Part shown: positions 39,006-49,773 of the stretch, piece by piece
Layout: each line of letters opens with the position of its first letter
Position numbering within the stretch: position 1 is the stretch's first letter
Assembly (NCBI RefSeq): GCF_044704955.1
Contig: NC_091979.1
Span: forward strand, 25,606,001-25,670,000
Source of the DNA: Pristiophorus japonicus
Lineage: Eukaryota
Reading direction: 5' to 3'
Length of the DNA stretch: 64,000 nucleotides
Notes under the pieces: generated by a model
Told to the model about the DNA's origin: nothing
The model's database searches: none
What the model saw: the letters and a program-made list of their open reading frames with translations, nothing else
Position numbers and translations under genes: made by a program

Positions 39006-40938
39006 AGAGCATCCGCACAGTTCTCGGTGCCTGGCCTGTGGCGGATGGTATAGTTATACGCTGATAGCGTGAGTGCCTACCTTTGTATGCGGGCTGAGGC
39101 ATTGGTATTTATCCCCTTGTTTTCAGCGAACAGGGATATGAGGGGCTTGTGATCGGTTTCCAGCTCAAATTTGAGGCCAAACAGGTCCTGATGCATTTTC
39201 TTTACCCCGAACGCACGTTCTCAATCTTTCTCTTTCTCTTTCTCAATCATGCTGTTGGCCCTCTCGGCCTTAGATAAGCTCCTGGAAGCATAGGCCACAG
39301 GTTGCAACTTGCCCGCAACATTAGCTTGTTGTAATACACACCCGACTCTGTACGACGACGCATCACATGCTAGCACAAGTCTTTTACACGGGTTATACAA
39401 TACAAGCAGCTTGTTGGAGCATGAAATGTTTCTGGCTTTCTCAAAAGCAATTACTTGTTTTTTTTTTTCCATACCCAGTTCTCACCTTTACACAATAACA
39501 CATGTCGGGGCTCTATGAGGGTGCTTAAGCTCGGTAGGAAGTTACCAAAATAGTTGAGGAGTCCCAGGAACGACCGCAGCTCCGTGACATTCTGTGGCCT
39601 GGGTGCATTCCTGATAGCCTCTGTCTTGGCGTCTGAGGGCCGAATGCCGTCCGCTGCGATCTTTCTCCCCGAAAACTCCACTTCTGTTGTCATGAAGACG
39701 CATTTCAACCTCTTCAGCCACAGCCCTACGCGATCCAGTCGCTGGAGGACCTCCTCCAGGTTTTGTAGGTGCTCGATGGTGTCCTGACCCATGACCAATA
39801 TGACGTCCTGAAAAACCACTGTGCGTGGTACCGACTTGAGTAGGCTCTCCATGTTTCTATGGAAGATCGCTGTAGCCGACCGAATTCCAAATGGGCATCT
39901 GTTGTAGATGGACAGTCCCTTGTGCCTGTTGATGCAGGTGAGGCCCTTCGAAGACTCCTCCAGCTCCTGCGTCATGTAGGCTGAAGTCAGGTCGAGCTTG
40001 GTGAACGTCTTGCCTCCTGCCAGCGTCGCAAATAGGTCGTCTGCCTTAGGTAGCGGGTATTGGTCCTGTAGCGAGAAACAATTAATAGTTACTTTATAAT
40101 TGCCGTAAATCCTGACCGTGCCATCACTTTTGAGTACTGGAACAATCGGGCTGGCCCACTCGCTGAATTCCACTGGGGAGCTGATGCCCTCGCGTTGCAG
40201 CCTGTCCAGCTCAATTTCCACTCTCTCCCTCATCATGTGAGGTACCGCTCGCGCCTTGTGGTGAATGGGTCGTGCCTCTGGGACCAAGTGGATCCGCACC
40301 TTCGCCCTGGAAAAGTTTCCAATGCCTGGCTCAAAAAGGGAAGGAAATTTGTTCAGAACCTGGGTACATGAGGCCTCATCGACATGTGATGGTGCTCGGA
40401 TGTCATCCCAGTTCTAGCGGATTTTGCCCAGCCAGCTCCTTCCAAGCAGTGTGGGGCCATCACCCGGGACAATCCAGAGTGGCAGTTCGTGCACCGTGCC
40501 CTCGTAGGTGACCTTGACCATGGCGCTGCCCAGGACAGTGATAAGCTCTTTGGTGTACGTTCTCAGTTTCGTGAGGATGGGGCTTGTGGTGTATGTTGGT
40601 GAGAGGGGAGCGACCTGTCAAAAGCCCAGCGGGAGATCGAGAGCCAGCGGCAGTTGGTGAGAGGGGAGCGACCTGTCAAAAGCCCAACGGGAGATCGAGA
40701 GCCAGCGGCAGTTGGTGAGAGGGGAGCGACCTGTCAAAAGCCCAGCGGGAGATCGAGAGCCAGCGTACCGGTGCAGCTACAGCGGGAGAGAAAGCAAAAT
40801 AGAAGTAGAAAGTAATCAAAAAGTGACGTCACAGCCAATGGGGTAAGTGATTGGTGAGTAGCTTTTCTTTTCTTTTTTATATCAGTAAGTGAACTGTAAC
40901 ATTGTTATTACCAATTTAAGGGTATCTAAGGTTAAGAC

Positions 40939-41886
40939 ATGGCAGGAGAGCTCGGCCATGTGATATGCTCCTCCTGTACCATGTGGGAACTCGGGGACAC
41001 TTCCGGTGTCCCTGGGCGCTACGTGTGTAGGAAGTGTATCCGCCTCGAGCTCTTGACGGTCCGCGTTGCAGAATTGGAGCTGAGGGTGGATTCACTCTGG
41101 AGCATCCACGATGCTGAGAATGACGTGAGTATCACGTGTAGTGAGTTGGTCTTACCGCAGGAGAAGGGTCCACAGCCAGATAGGGAATGGAAGACCAGCA
41201 GGAAGAGCAGTGCAAGAAAGATAGTGCAGGGGTCCCCTGTGGTCATCCCCCTGCAAAACAGATACACTGCTTTGAGTACTGTTGGGGAGGATGACTCATC
41301 AGGGGAGGGCAGCAGCAGCCAAGTTCATGGCACCGTAGGTGGCTCTGCTGCAAAGGAGGGCAGGAAAAAGAGTGGGAGCGCGATAGTGATAGGGGATTCG
41401 ATGGTGAGGGGAATAGATAGGCGTTTCTGCGGACGCAACCGAGACTCCAGGATGGTATGTTGCCTCCCTGGTGCAAGGGTCAAGGATGTCTCGGAGCGGG
41501 TGCAGGACATTCTGAAATGGGAGGGAGAACAGCCAGTTGTCGTGGTGCACATTGGTACCAACGACATAGGTAAAAAAAGGGATGAGGTCCTACGAAAAGA
41601 ATTTAAGGAGCTAGGAGCTAAATTAAAAAGTAGGACCTCAAAAGTAGTAATCTCGGGATTGCTACCAGTGCCACGTGCTAGTCAGAGTAGGAATCGCAGG
41701 ATAGCGCAGATGAATACATGGCTTGAGCAGTGGTGCAGCAGGGAGGGATTCAAATTCTTGGGGCATTGGAACCGGTTCTGGGGGAGGTGGGACCAGTACA
41801 AACCGGACGGTCTGCACCTGGGCAGGTCCGGAACCAATGTCCTAGGGGGAGTGTTTGCTAGTGCTGTTGGGGAGGAGTTAAACTAA
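40939..41886 (+). CDS. CR1 ORF1p: zinc finger/coiled coil plus SGNH (GDSL) esterase domain
   Basis: 315 aa; CSSC...CRKC, VIGDSMVR, HIGTND, DGLH motifs. Confidence 0.93.
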   Translation: MAGELGHVICSSCTMWELGDTSGVPGRYVCRKCIRLELLTVRVAELELRVDSLWSIHDAENDVSITCSELVLPQEKGPQPDREWKTSRKSSARKIVQGSPVVIPLQNRYTALSTVGEDDSSGEGSSSQVHGTVGGSAAKEGRKKSGSAIVIGDSMVRGIDRRFCGRNRDSRMVCCLPGARVKDVSERVQDILKWEGEQPVVVVHIGTNDIGKKRDEVLRKEFKELGAKLKSRTSKVVISGLLPVPRASQSRNRRIAQMNTWLEQWCSREGFKFLGHWNRFWGRWDQYKPDGLHLGRSGTNVLGGVFASAVGEELN

Positions 41887-41888
41887 TA

Positions 41889-44870
41889 TTGCAGGGGGAT
41901 GGGAGCCAATGCAGGGAGACAGAGGGAGACAAAAATGAGGCAAAAGCAAAAGACAGAAAGGAGATGAGGAAAAGTGGAGGGCAGAGAAACCCAAGGCAAA
42001 GAACAAAAAGGGCCACTGTACAGCAAAATTCTAAAAGGACAGAGGGTGTTAAAAAAGCAAGCCTGAAGGCTTTGTGTCTTAATGCAAGGAGTATCCGCAA
42101 TAAGGTGGATGAATTAACTGTGCAAATAGATGTTAACAAATATGATGTGATTGGGATTACGGAGACGTGGCTCCAGGATGATCAGGGCTGGGAACTCAAC
42201 ATCCAGGGGTATTCAACATTCAGGAAGGATAGAATAAAAGGAAAAGGAGGTGGGGTAGCATTGCTGGTTAAAGAGGAGATTAATGCAATAGTTAGGAAAG
42301 ACATTAGCTTGGATGATGTGGAATCTATATGGGTAGAGCTGCAGAACACTAAAGGGCAAAAATCGTTAGTGGGAGTTGTGTACAGACCTCCAAACAGTAG
42401 TAGTGATGTTGGGGAGGGCATCAAACAGGAAATTAGGAGTGCATGCAATAAAGGTGCAGCAGTTATAATGGGTGACTTTAATATGCACATAGATTGGGCT
42501 AGCCAAACTGGAAGCAATACGGTGGAGGAGGATTTCCTGGAATGCATAAGGGATGGTTTTCTAGACCAATATGTCGAGGAACCAACTAGGGGGGAGGCCA
42601 TCTTAGACTGGGTGTTGTGTAATGAGAGAGGATTAATTAGCAATCTCATTGTGCGAGGCCCCTTGGGGAAGAGTGACCATAATATGGTGGAATTCTGCAT
42701 TAGGATGGAGAATGAAACAGTTAATTCAGAGACCATGGTCCAGAACTTAAAGAAGGGTAACTTTGAAGGTATGAGGCATGAATTGGCTAAGATAGATTGG
42801 CTAATGATACTTAAGGGGTTGACTGTGGATGGGCAATGGCAGACATTTAGAGAACGCATGGATGAATTACAACAATTGTACATTCCTGTCTGGCGTAAAA
42901 ATAAAAAAGGGAAGGTGGCTCAACCGTGGCTATCTAGGGAAATCAGGGATAGTATTAAAGCCAAGGAAATGGCATACAAATTGGCCAGAAATAGCAGCGA
43001 ACCTGGGGACTGGGAGAAATTTAGAACTCAGCAGAGGAGGACAAAGGGTTTGATTAGGGCAGGGAAAATGGAGTACGAGAAGAAGCTTGCAGGGAACATT
43101 AAGGCGGATTGCAAAAGTTTCTATAGGTATGTAAAGAGAAAAAGGTTAGTAAAGACAAACGTAGGTCCCCTGCAGTCAGAATCAGGGGAAGTCATAACGG
43201 GGAACAAAGAAATGGCAGACCAATTGAACAAGTACTTTGATTCAGTATTCACTAAGGAGGACACAAACAACCTTCCGGATATAAAAGTGGTCAGAGGGTC
43301 TATTAAGGAGGAGGAACTGAGGGAAATCTTTATTAGTCGGGAAATTGTGTTGGGGAAATTGATGGGATTGAAGGCCGATAAATCCCCAGGGCCTGATGGA
43401 CTGCATCCCAGAGTACTTAAGGAGGTGGCCTTGGAAATAGCGGATGCATTGACAGTCATTTTCCAACATTCCATTGACTCTGGATCAGTTCCTATCGAGT
43501 GGAGGGTAGCCAATGTAACCCCACTTTTTAAAAAAGGAGGGAGAGAGAAAGCAGGGAATTATAGACCGGTCAGCCTGACCTCAGTAGTGGGTAAAATGAT
43601 GGAATCAATTATTAAGGATGTCATAGCAGCGCATTTGGAAAATGGTGACATGATAGGTCCAAGTCAGCATGGATTTGTGAAAGGGAGATCATGCTTGACA
43701 AATCTTCTGGAATTTTTTGAGGATGTTTCCAATAAAGTGGACAAAGGAGTACCAGTTGATGTGGTATATTTGGACTTTCAGAAGGCTTTCGACAAGGTCC
43801 CACACAGGAGATTAATGTGCAAAGTTAAAGCACATGGGATTGGGGGTAGTGTGCTGACGTGGATTGAGAACTGGTTGTCAGACAGGAAGCAAAGAGTAGG
43901 AGTAAATGGGTACTTTTCGGAATGGCAGGCAGTGACTAGTGGGGTACCGCAGGGTTCTGTGCTGGGGCCCCAGCTGTTTACATTGTACATTAATGATTTA
44001 GACGAGGGGATTAAATGTAGTATCTCCAAATTTGCGGATGACACTAAGTTGGGTGGCAGTGTGAGCTGCGAGGAGGATGCTATGAGGCTACAGAGTGACT
44101 TGGATAGGTTAGGTGAGTGGGCAAATGCGTGGCAGATGAAGTATAATGTGGATAAATGTGAGGTTATCCACTTTGGTGGTAAAAACAGAGAGACAGACTA
44201 TTATCTGAATGGTGACAGATTAGGAAAAGGGAAGGTGCAACGAGACCTGGGTGTCATGGTACATCAGTCATTGAAGGTTGGCATGCAGGTACAGCAGGCG
44301 GTTAAGAAAGCAAATGGCATGTTGGCCTTCATAGCGAGGGGATTTGAGTACAGGGGCAGGGAGGTGTTGCTACAGTTGTACAGGGCCTTGGTGAGGCCAC
44401 ACCTGGAGTATTGTGTACAGTTTTGGTCTCCTAACTTGAGGAAGGACATACTTGCTATTGAGGGAGTGCAGCGAAGATTCACCAGACTGATTCCCGGGAT
44501 GGTGGGACTGACCTATCAAGAAAGACTGGATCAACTGGGCTTGTATTCACTGGAGTTCAGAAGAGTGAGAGGGGACCTCATAGAAACGTTTAAAATTCTG
44601 ACGGGTTTGGACAGGTTGGATGCAGGAAGAATGTTCCCAATGTTGGGGAAGTCCAGAACCAGGAGTCACAGTCTAAGGATAAGGGGTAAGCCATTTAGGA
44701 CCGAGATAAGGAGAAACTTCTTCACCCAGAGAGTGGTGAACCTGTGGAATTCTCTACCACAGGAAGTAGTTGAGGCCAATTCACTAAATATATTCAAAAG
44801 GGAGTTAGATGAAGTCCTTACTACTCGGGGGATCAAGGGGTATGGCGTGAAAGCAGGAAGTGGGTACTGA
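41889..44870 (+). CDS. CR1 ORF2p: APE endonuclease plus reverse transcriptase
   Basis: 993 open codons; NARSIRNK, ITETWL, GDFN, SDHN, YRPVSLTS, LDFQKAFDKV, GVPQGSVLGP, FADD. The first in-frame ATG is about 25 codons in. Confidence 0.96.
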   Translation: MQGDGSQCRETEGDKNEAKAKDRKEMRKSGGQRNPRQRTKRATVQQNSKRTEGVKKASLKALCLNARSIRNKVDELTVQIDVNKYDVIGITETWLQDDQGWELNIQGYSTFRKDRIKGKGGGVALLVKEEINAIVRKDISLDDVESIWVELQNTKGQKSLVGVVYRPPNSSSDVGEGIKQEIRSACNKGAAVIMGDFNMHIDWASQTGSNTVEEDFLECIRDGFLDQYVEEPTRGEAILDWVLCNERGLISNLIVRGPLGKSDHNMVEFCIRMENETVNSETMVQNLKKGNFEGMRHELAKIDWLMILKGLTVDGQWQTFRERMDELQQLYIPVWRKNKKGKVAQPWLSREIRDSIKAKEMAYKLARNSSEPGDWEKFRTQQRRTKGLIRAGKMEYEKKLAGNIKADCKSFYRYVKRKRLVKTNVGPLQSESGEVITGNKEMADQLNKYFDSVFTKEDTNNLPDIKVVRGSIKEEELREIFISREIVLGKLMGLKADKSPGPDGLHPRVLKEVALEIADALTVIFQHSIDSGSVPIEWRVANVTPLFKKGGREKAGNYRPVSLTSVVGKMMESIIKDVIAAHLENGDMIGPSQHGFVKGRSCLTNLLEFFEDVSNKVDKGVPVDVVYLDFQKAFDKVPHRRLMCKVKAHGIGGSVLTWIENWLSDRKQRVGVNGYFSEWQAVTSGVPQGSVLGPQLFTLYINDLDEGIKCSISKFADDTKLGGSVSCEEDAMRLQSDLDRLGEWANAWQMKYNVDKCEVIHFGGKNRETDYYLNGDRLGKGKVQRDLGVMVHQSLKVGMQVQQAVKKANGMLAFIARGFEYRGREVLLQLYRALVRPHLEYCVQFWSPNLRKDILAIEGVQRRFTRLIPGMVGLTYQERLDQLGLYSLEFRRVRGDLIETFKILTGLDRLDAGRMFPMLGKSRTRSHSLRIRGKPFRTEIRRNFFTQRVVNLWNSLPQEVVEANSLNIFKRELDEVLTTRGIKGYGVKAGSGY

Positions 44871-47800
44871 AGTTTCATGTTCAGCCATGAACTCATTGAA
44901 TGGCGGTGCAGGCTAGAAGGGCTGAATGGCCTGCTCCTGCACCTATTTTCTATGTTTCTATGTAGCACACAAATCACTGACTCCACACGGTCTGGTATTG
45001 ATATAACTGCTGTGACCTTAGTCCTTTATTGTGTAACTCCAGGGTGCCTCTTGGGTGTGGTGGGCAGCCTTTTATACTCTGTCTTGCAGGTACTTTCAGG
45101 TCTCCCACCACAGCGCCCTCTGTGGCGCACCATTGTACTTCTACATTTAATGTACCTGGACAATACATAATCTCTCACTCCCCACCCCGCCCCCAGTTCC
45201 AAAAGCCATTGCCGGTGACCTCGGCCTTGTTCGTCCTGGTTGATTTGTCAGTGTGAGTCCATGACCATCCACTTCCCTCTTCTCCCCCATGTGGAGGACC
45301 CGGTGCAAACATGTGGTATTTGCAGTTCTTACATGGGTGATAAGGTACACGAGCATAACCTCCAACAGAACACAGGCATACATAGACGGTACATTTGTAT
45401 GGTACATATAATATGTGGTACAGATGTTATGTCAAAAGGTTGCAGGTCCACTAAACAATTATCACGGATCCATATCCCTTTTACTAGAACCTTGTGGCGT
45501 TAACTCTTTCCGTAATTCATATCCATAATTTTAAACACAGTGACCACTCAGCATTGAAATATTAACTCTTATCGTAATTCGTAATTCATATCCATTATTT
45601 TAAACACAGTTAACCATTCAGCATTAAAATATTAATTCTTATCATAAATCCGTCGCCCTACATTCACATAGCTCATTTAGACTCGCTCTTGCCTTACAAA
45701 AGTCTTTATGTGGGGACCGCCAACGGTGTAAGGCCCTTTTAAGACTCCCGGGTGCATTTCCCTTTTAAGACACCATCTTGTGGCTCCCACGAGGCTTCCC
45801 TTGGGCGCCGCCATCCTGGGTGTTCTGCTGGCCTTTGCAGAGCTCCGTTGCCACGAGGCTCACCACCACCTTGAGCTCGCTGGCGAAGAAAGAACAGAAG
45901 AGACAAGGAAGAAAGGAAGGGCCAGAGCAACCCATCTTTGCAGAAGTGGCTCCTTGGACTCGATCAGTCGCAGTCCCTGTGAGTCCCTCTGTACTTGCTG
46001 ACGCGTCCACCGCTCTGGCTCGCGTTCTCACGAGTCACGCCAGCCGCCTCCGCTCCCACCGTTGTCTCCGCTGTAGCCGCCCCTCCTGTGGCCGCCACCA
46101 TCGCAGCTGCTACCGCCGCCCGGATTTTCCTCTGCGTGGGCCCCCCGGATCCGCCGGCCCTCGATGGAACTCCCGCTCATCGCCCGCAGCGCCCTGCCAG
46201 CCCGCGCCCCAGCAATCGACCCGCACTTGCAAACTTGTTCTTCCAGGGTCTGCTCGTCTATGGAGGCTGAAGCTGCAGGATTGCTTGAGGTCAGGAGTTC
46301 TGGGCTGCTGCTGCAGCTCCAGCTCGGTCGGTGTTGCTCTTTGGGGACCCGGGGAGCAGCAGTCCGTGGAGGAATGAAGTCTTCCCAGCTCCCACGGACC
46401 TTTCCCATCCATCTTCTGCCTGCAATGACCCACAAAGATAAACAGTGCGTCTCTTCCCCAGTGAGATACCTGCACATCCGCTCTGCCGAGAACAGGTATT
46501 AGTTCCCTGGTGTAGGTACGCAGCTTTGCCGTGACCGGGACCAGCTTGGGTCGTGCAGCCGGGTTACCCCACAGTTTCTCAAAAGTTCTCTGACTCATCA
46601 ACGACGGACCCGATCCCGTGTCCACTGCCATACTCACTGGGACTCCGTCAATTTTTGCTTCCATTATCACTGGGGGCGAATCGTCGGTACACGTATACAG
46701 TCCCAACACCTCATCTTCTCCTGCCTGCTCCTCGCTGAACAGTGGATCATCCACCATCTCCTCAGCCACGCGGTGAGTCCGATTTTTTTTTTACACATAC
46801 ACTGAAGGTGGCCTTTCAGGTGGCAGGTATTGCACGTGTACTCCGCAAACCTGCATGGTTTCCTCCGCAGCGCCAGCATGGTGCTGCTCGATTGGCCCCC
46901 CCTTCTGCGGACTCTGAGTTCCAGGACCCCGAGGTCCGTGCTCTCTGCCCCGGACGGAGCCACGTTCTGCAGTTTTGTCCGTGGTGGGTGCTATCCTGTG
47001 GACAGTGCCTGCCGGGTTCGAGACTGTGTGGATCATTTGCTTGGTGCTGCAAGGTCATATATGCCCGGCTGATGGTGATGGCCTTTGTCAGAGTGACTGT
47101 GGGTTCTGTGGCTAACAGCTTGTGAAGGAGGCCCTCGTGGCCAATCCCCATAACGAAAACATCCCGCAAAGCCTCGTCAAGGTGTGCGCCAAAATCACAC
47201 GGCGCCGCAAGTCTCCTGAGATCCGCAGCATATTTGGTGACACCCTGGCCCTCGGGTCTGCAGTGATGGTAAAATTTGTATCTGGCCATGAGGATGCTCT
47301 CCTTCGGTTTCAACTGGTCACGAATGAGTTCAGTCAGCTCCTCATATGACTTGTCCCTGGCGCTCGCGGGTGCCAGCAAATCCCTGACGAGACAGTAAAC
47401 CTCATCACCACAACTGGAAAGCAGTATCGCCTTACGCTTCTCTCTCAGTGTGTCTGTGTGCCCCGTAAGGTCTTTTGCTGTGAAGTAGTACTCGAGCCTT
47501 TCCGTTAAGGTCTCCCAAACATTGCCCACGGTAAAATCCTTTAGCGAGCCCAGAGTAGCCATGGTTGTGTGGAGCCCTTCTGCTTCCTCGTTGCCAATGT
47601 GGTGTATGTAGCACACAAATCACTGACTCCACACGGTCTGGTGTTGATATAACTGCTGTGACCTTAGTCCTTTATTGTGTAACTCTAGAGTGCCTCTCAG
47701 GTGTGGTGAGCAGCTGTTTACACTCAGTCTTGCAGGTACTTTTAGGTCTCCCACCACAGCGCCCTCTGTGGCGCACCATTGTACTTATACATTTACTCCA

Positions 47801-48591
47801 GAGTGAGTAACGGGCCTTAGGGGCCGGCTTATGTACAGTACTCCCAAGGGATGCTGGGATCCCTTGTGACTTCAGGGGATGCGCTCCCTGGTGGCGCAAC
47901 ATGGGAGTGCATGCTTTACAGATGCACAACAAACCTCAACTAATCAGGCACGGAAAGGTGGATTTTTCCTGCTGTTTTTTGCTAGATGCAAAACCCCTAT
48001 TGCACTTTCATCTCCTGCACTTTCCCCATTGCAAGAAAGACATACATTTATATAGCGCCTTTCATGACACCCGGATGTTCCAAAGGGCTTAACAGTCACC
48101 TTTGGAGTGTAGTCACTGTTGTAATGTGGGAAACACAGCAGCCAATTTGCGCACAGCAGGCTCCCACAAACAGCAATGCGATAATGACCAGATAATGTTA
48201 TGTTGGTTGAGGGATAGATATTGGCCCAGGATACTGGGAATAACTCCCCTGCTCTTCTTCACAATAGTGCCGTGAGATCTTTTACATCCACCTGAGAGGG
48301 CAGACGGGGCTCTGGTACAACGTCTCATCTGAAAAACGGCACCTCCGCAGTGCAGCACTCCCTCAGCACTGGGAGTGTTGGCCTAGATTATGGTGATCAC
48401 CTCCCTGGAGTGGGGCTTGAACCCACAACCTTCTGACTCCGAGGCGACTGCTACCCACTGAGCCACAGCTGACAGTGTACTGACATGTTTTACCGGACCC
48501 TTCGAGCTCTATAGCGTCTTCCTCAAGTGCCCATTTTTTTATGTTTGAGCTTAGACACTGAGGGTAAGTGAGCTGCTCAATCATAGGGGGC

Positions 48592-49190
48592 ATCATCATC
48601 ATAGGCAGTGCCTCGGAATCGAGGAAGACTTGCTTCCACTCTTAAAATGAGTCCTTAAGTGGCTGAACAGTCCAATACGAGAACCACAGTCCCTGTCACA
48701 GGTGGGACAGGTAGTCATTGAGGGAAGGGGTGGGTGGGACTGGTTTGCCGCACGCTCTTTCCGCTGCCTGTGCTTGATTTCTGCATGCTCTCGGCGATGA
48801 GACTCGAGGTGCTCGGCGCCCTCCCGGATGCATTTCCTCCACTTGGGGCGGTCTTTGGCCAGGGACTCCCAGGTGTCGGTGGGGATGTTGCACTTGGTAT
48901 CAGGGAGGCTTTGAAGGTGTCCTTGTAATATTTCCTCTGCCCACCTTTGGCTCTCTTGCCATGAAGAAGTTCTGAGTAGAGCGCTTGCTTTGGGAGTCTC
49001 GTGTCGGGCATGCGGACAATGCGGCCCGCCCAGCGGAGCTGATCAAGTGTGGTCAGTGCTTCAATGCTGGGGATGTTGACCTGATCGAGAACGCTAATGT
49101 TGGTGCGTCTGTCCGCCCAGGGGATTTGTAGGATCTTGCAGAGACATCGTTGGTGATATTTCTCCAGCGACTTGAGGTGTCTACTGTACT
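48592..49190 (-). mobile_element. RTE-clade LINE 3' fragment
   Basis: ORF 48715-49197. A similar copy lies at 52612-53058. Confidence 0.88.
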
Positions 49191-49512
49191 GGGGCATTAC
49201 AGTTGAGCGTGACGCTCTTCCACCACGGAGGCATTACAGTTGAGCTAATTTGTTTGTAGATGTATCTCTTGTAGATATTTGCAGGAGCCAAGTTGTACAT
49301 AGCAAGGGAGACATGCTTAAATCTGCTCTTGGTGATGGGATTTAAGATGGAATGTAGGCCAGGATGCAATGAGAAGACCTGGCTCTTCTTTCAGATCTCT
49401 TACTTTATGTCCACCTGAATAGTCGGCTAAGCCTCTCATCCAAAACGACAGCTGCAATCTCGTTCCTAATTGATTTTGCATTCAAATAAAACTCTCATGT
49501 GTTTGTTTATAG

Positions 49513-49773
49513 AGCTGATGGCAGAGGTGGGCGCCATGAACCAGCTGAGTACATCGGATAGTTCGTCCGACTCCAAGGGGTCTTCATCCTCTTCCTCCAG
49601 CAGCGACAGTTCCAGTGATTCTGAGGATGAGGCACACAAGCCTGCTCTACCTCCTCCAGTGCCTTCCTCTCATACCTTTTCAATGCCATTAATACCGCCG
49701 TCACTACCTCAGCAGCACATATCAACAGCGGAAGCCATTAACAACAGGCCCGAGGAGACTCTGAGCACATTGC
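49513..49773 (+). CDS. EAF2: EAF2 exon 5 (acidic Ser-rich transactivation region)
   Basis: Acceptor tttatag; (E)LMAEVGAMNQLSTSDSSSDSKGSSSSSSSSDSSSDSEDE...ETLSTL; donor GTAAGT; 261 nt. Confidence 0.94.

Larger units (their letters stand above)
40597..44963 (+). mobile_element. Full-length CR1 LINE with both ORFs intact
   Basis: 5' UTR with three 58-bp repeats, ORF1, ORF2 and a TTTCTATG-type tail. Inserted at TATGT in the LTR of element B. Confidence 0.96.
40585..47794 (-). mobile_element. Ty3/Gypsy LTR element B with gag and protease only, nested in A
   Basis: LTRs 40585-40596 plus 44964-~45167, and 47598-47794. PBS-like TGGCAACGAGG at 47596-47586; PPT about 45175-45195. Gag ~46800-47563 with Cys/His knuckles (CWRCGGNH, CNTCHLKGHLQCMC); protease VDTGS near 46620. 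No RT or integrase seen. Confidence 0.88.
36792..47931 (-). mobile_element. Ty3/Gypsy LTR retrotransposon A (decayed, hosts nested insertions)
   Basis: Termini TGTTGTG...CACAACA; 5-bp TSD AACCT (36787-36791, 47932-47936). 3' LTR 36792-36994 with adjacent PPT; partial 5' LTR 47795-47931. Integrase 37288-38276 (VVVDAFSKW, DNGPCF, NGQAER), RNase H about 39010-39470 (LACDAS), RT 39451-40299, protease remnant to 40584. Confidence 0.93.
33798..48390 (+). repeat. Local segmental duplication, copy 1 (33798-36791 plus 47932-~48390), split by the LTR stack
   Basis: Same order as 54694-58580: RTE-SINE piece, RTE RT, inverted RTE tail, CR1 ORF1 piece, GA tract, unique promoter, CYP27A exon 1, intron start, DeuSINE. 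Confidence 0.9.

Noticed and set aside
40597-40765. Direct repeats as a possible CRISPR array (also 60372-60605)
   Set aside because: Head-to-tail repeats with no unique spacers, in a vertebrate genome without cas genes.
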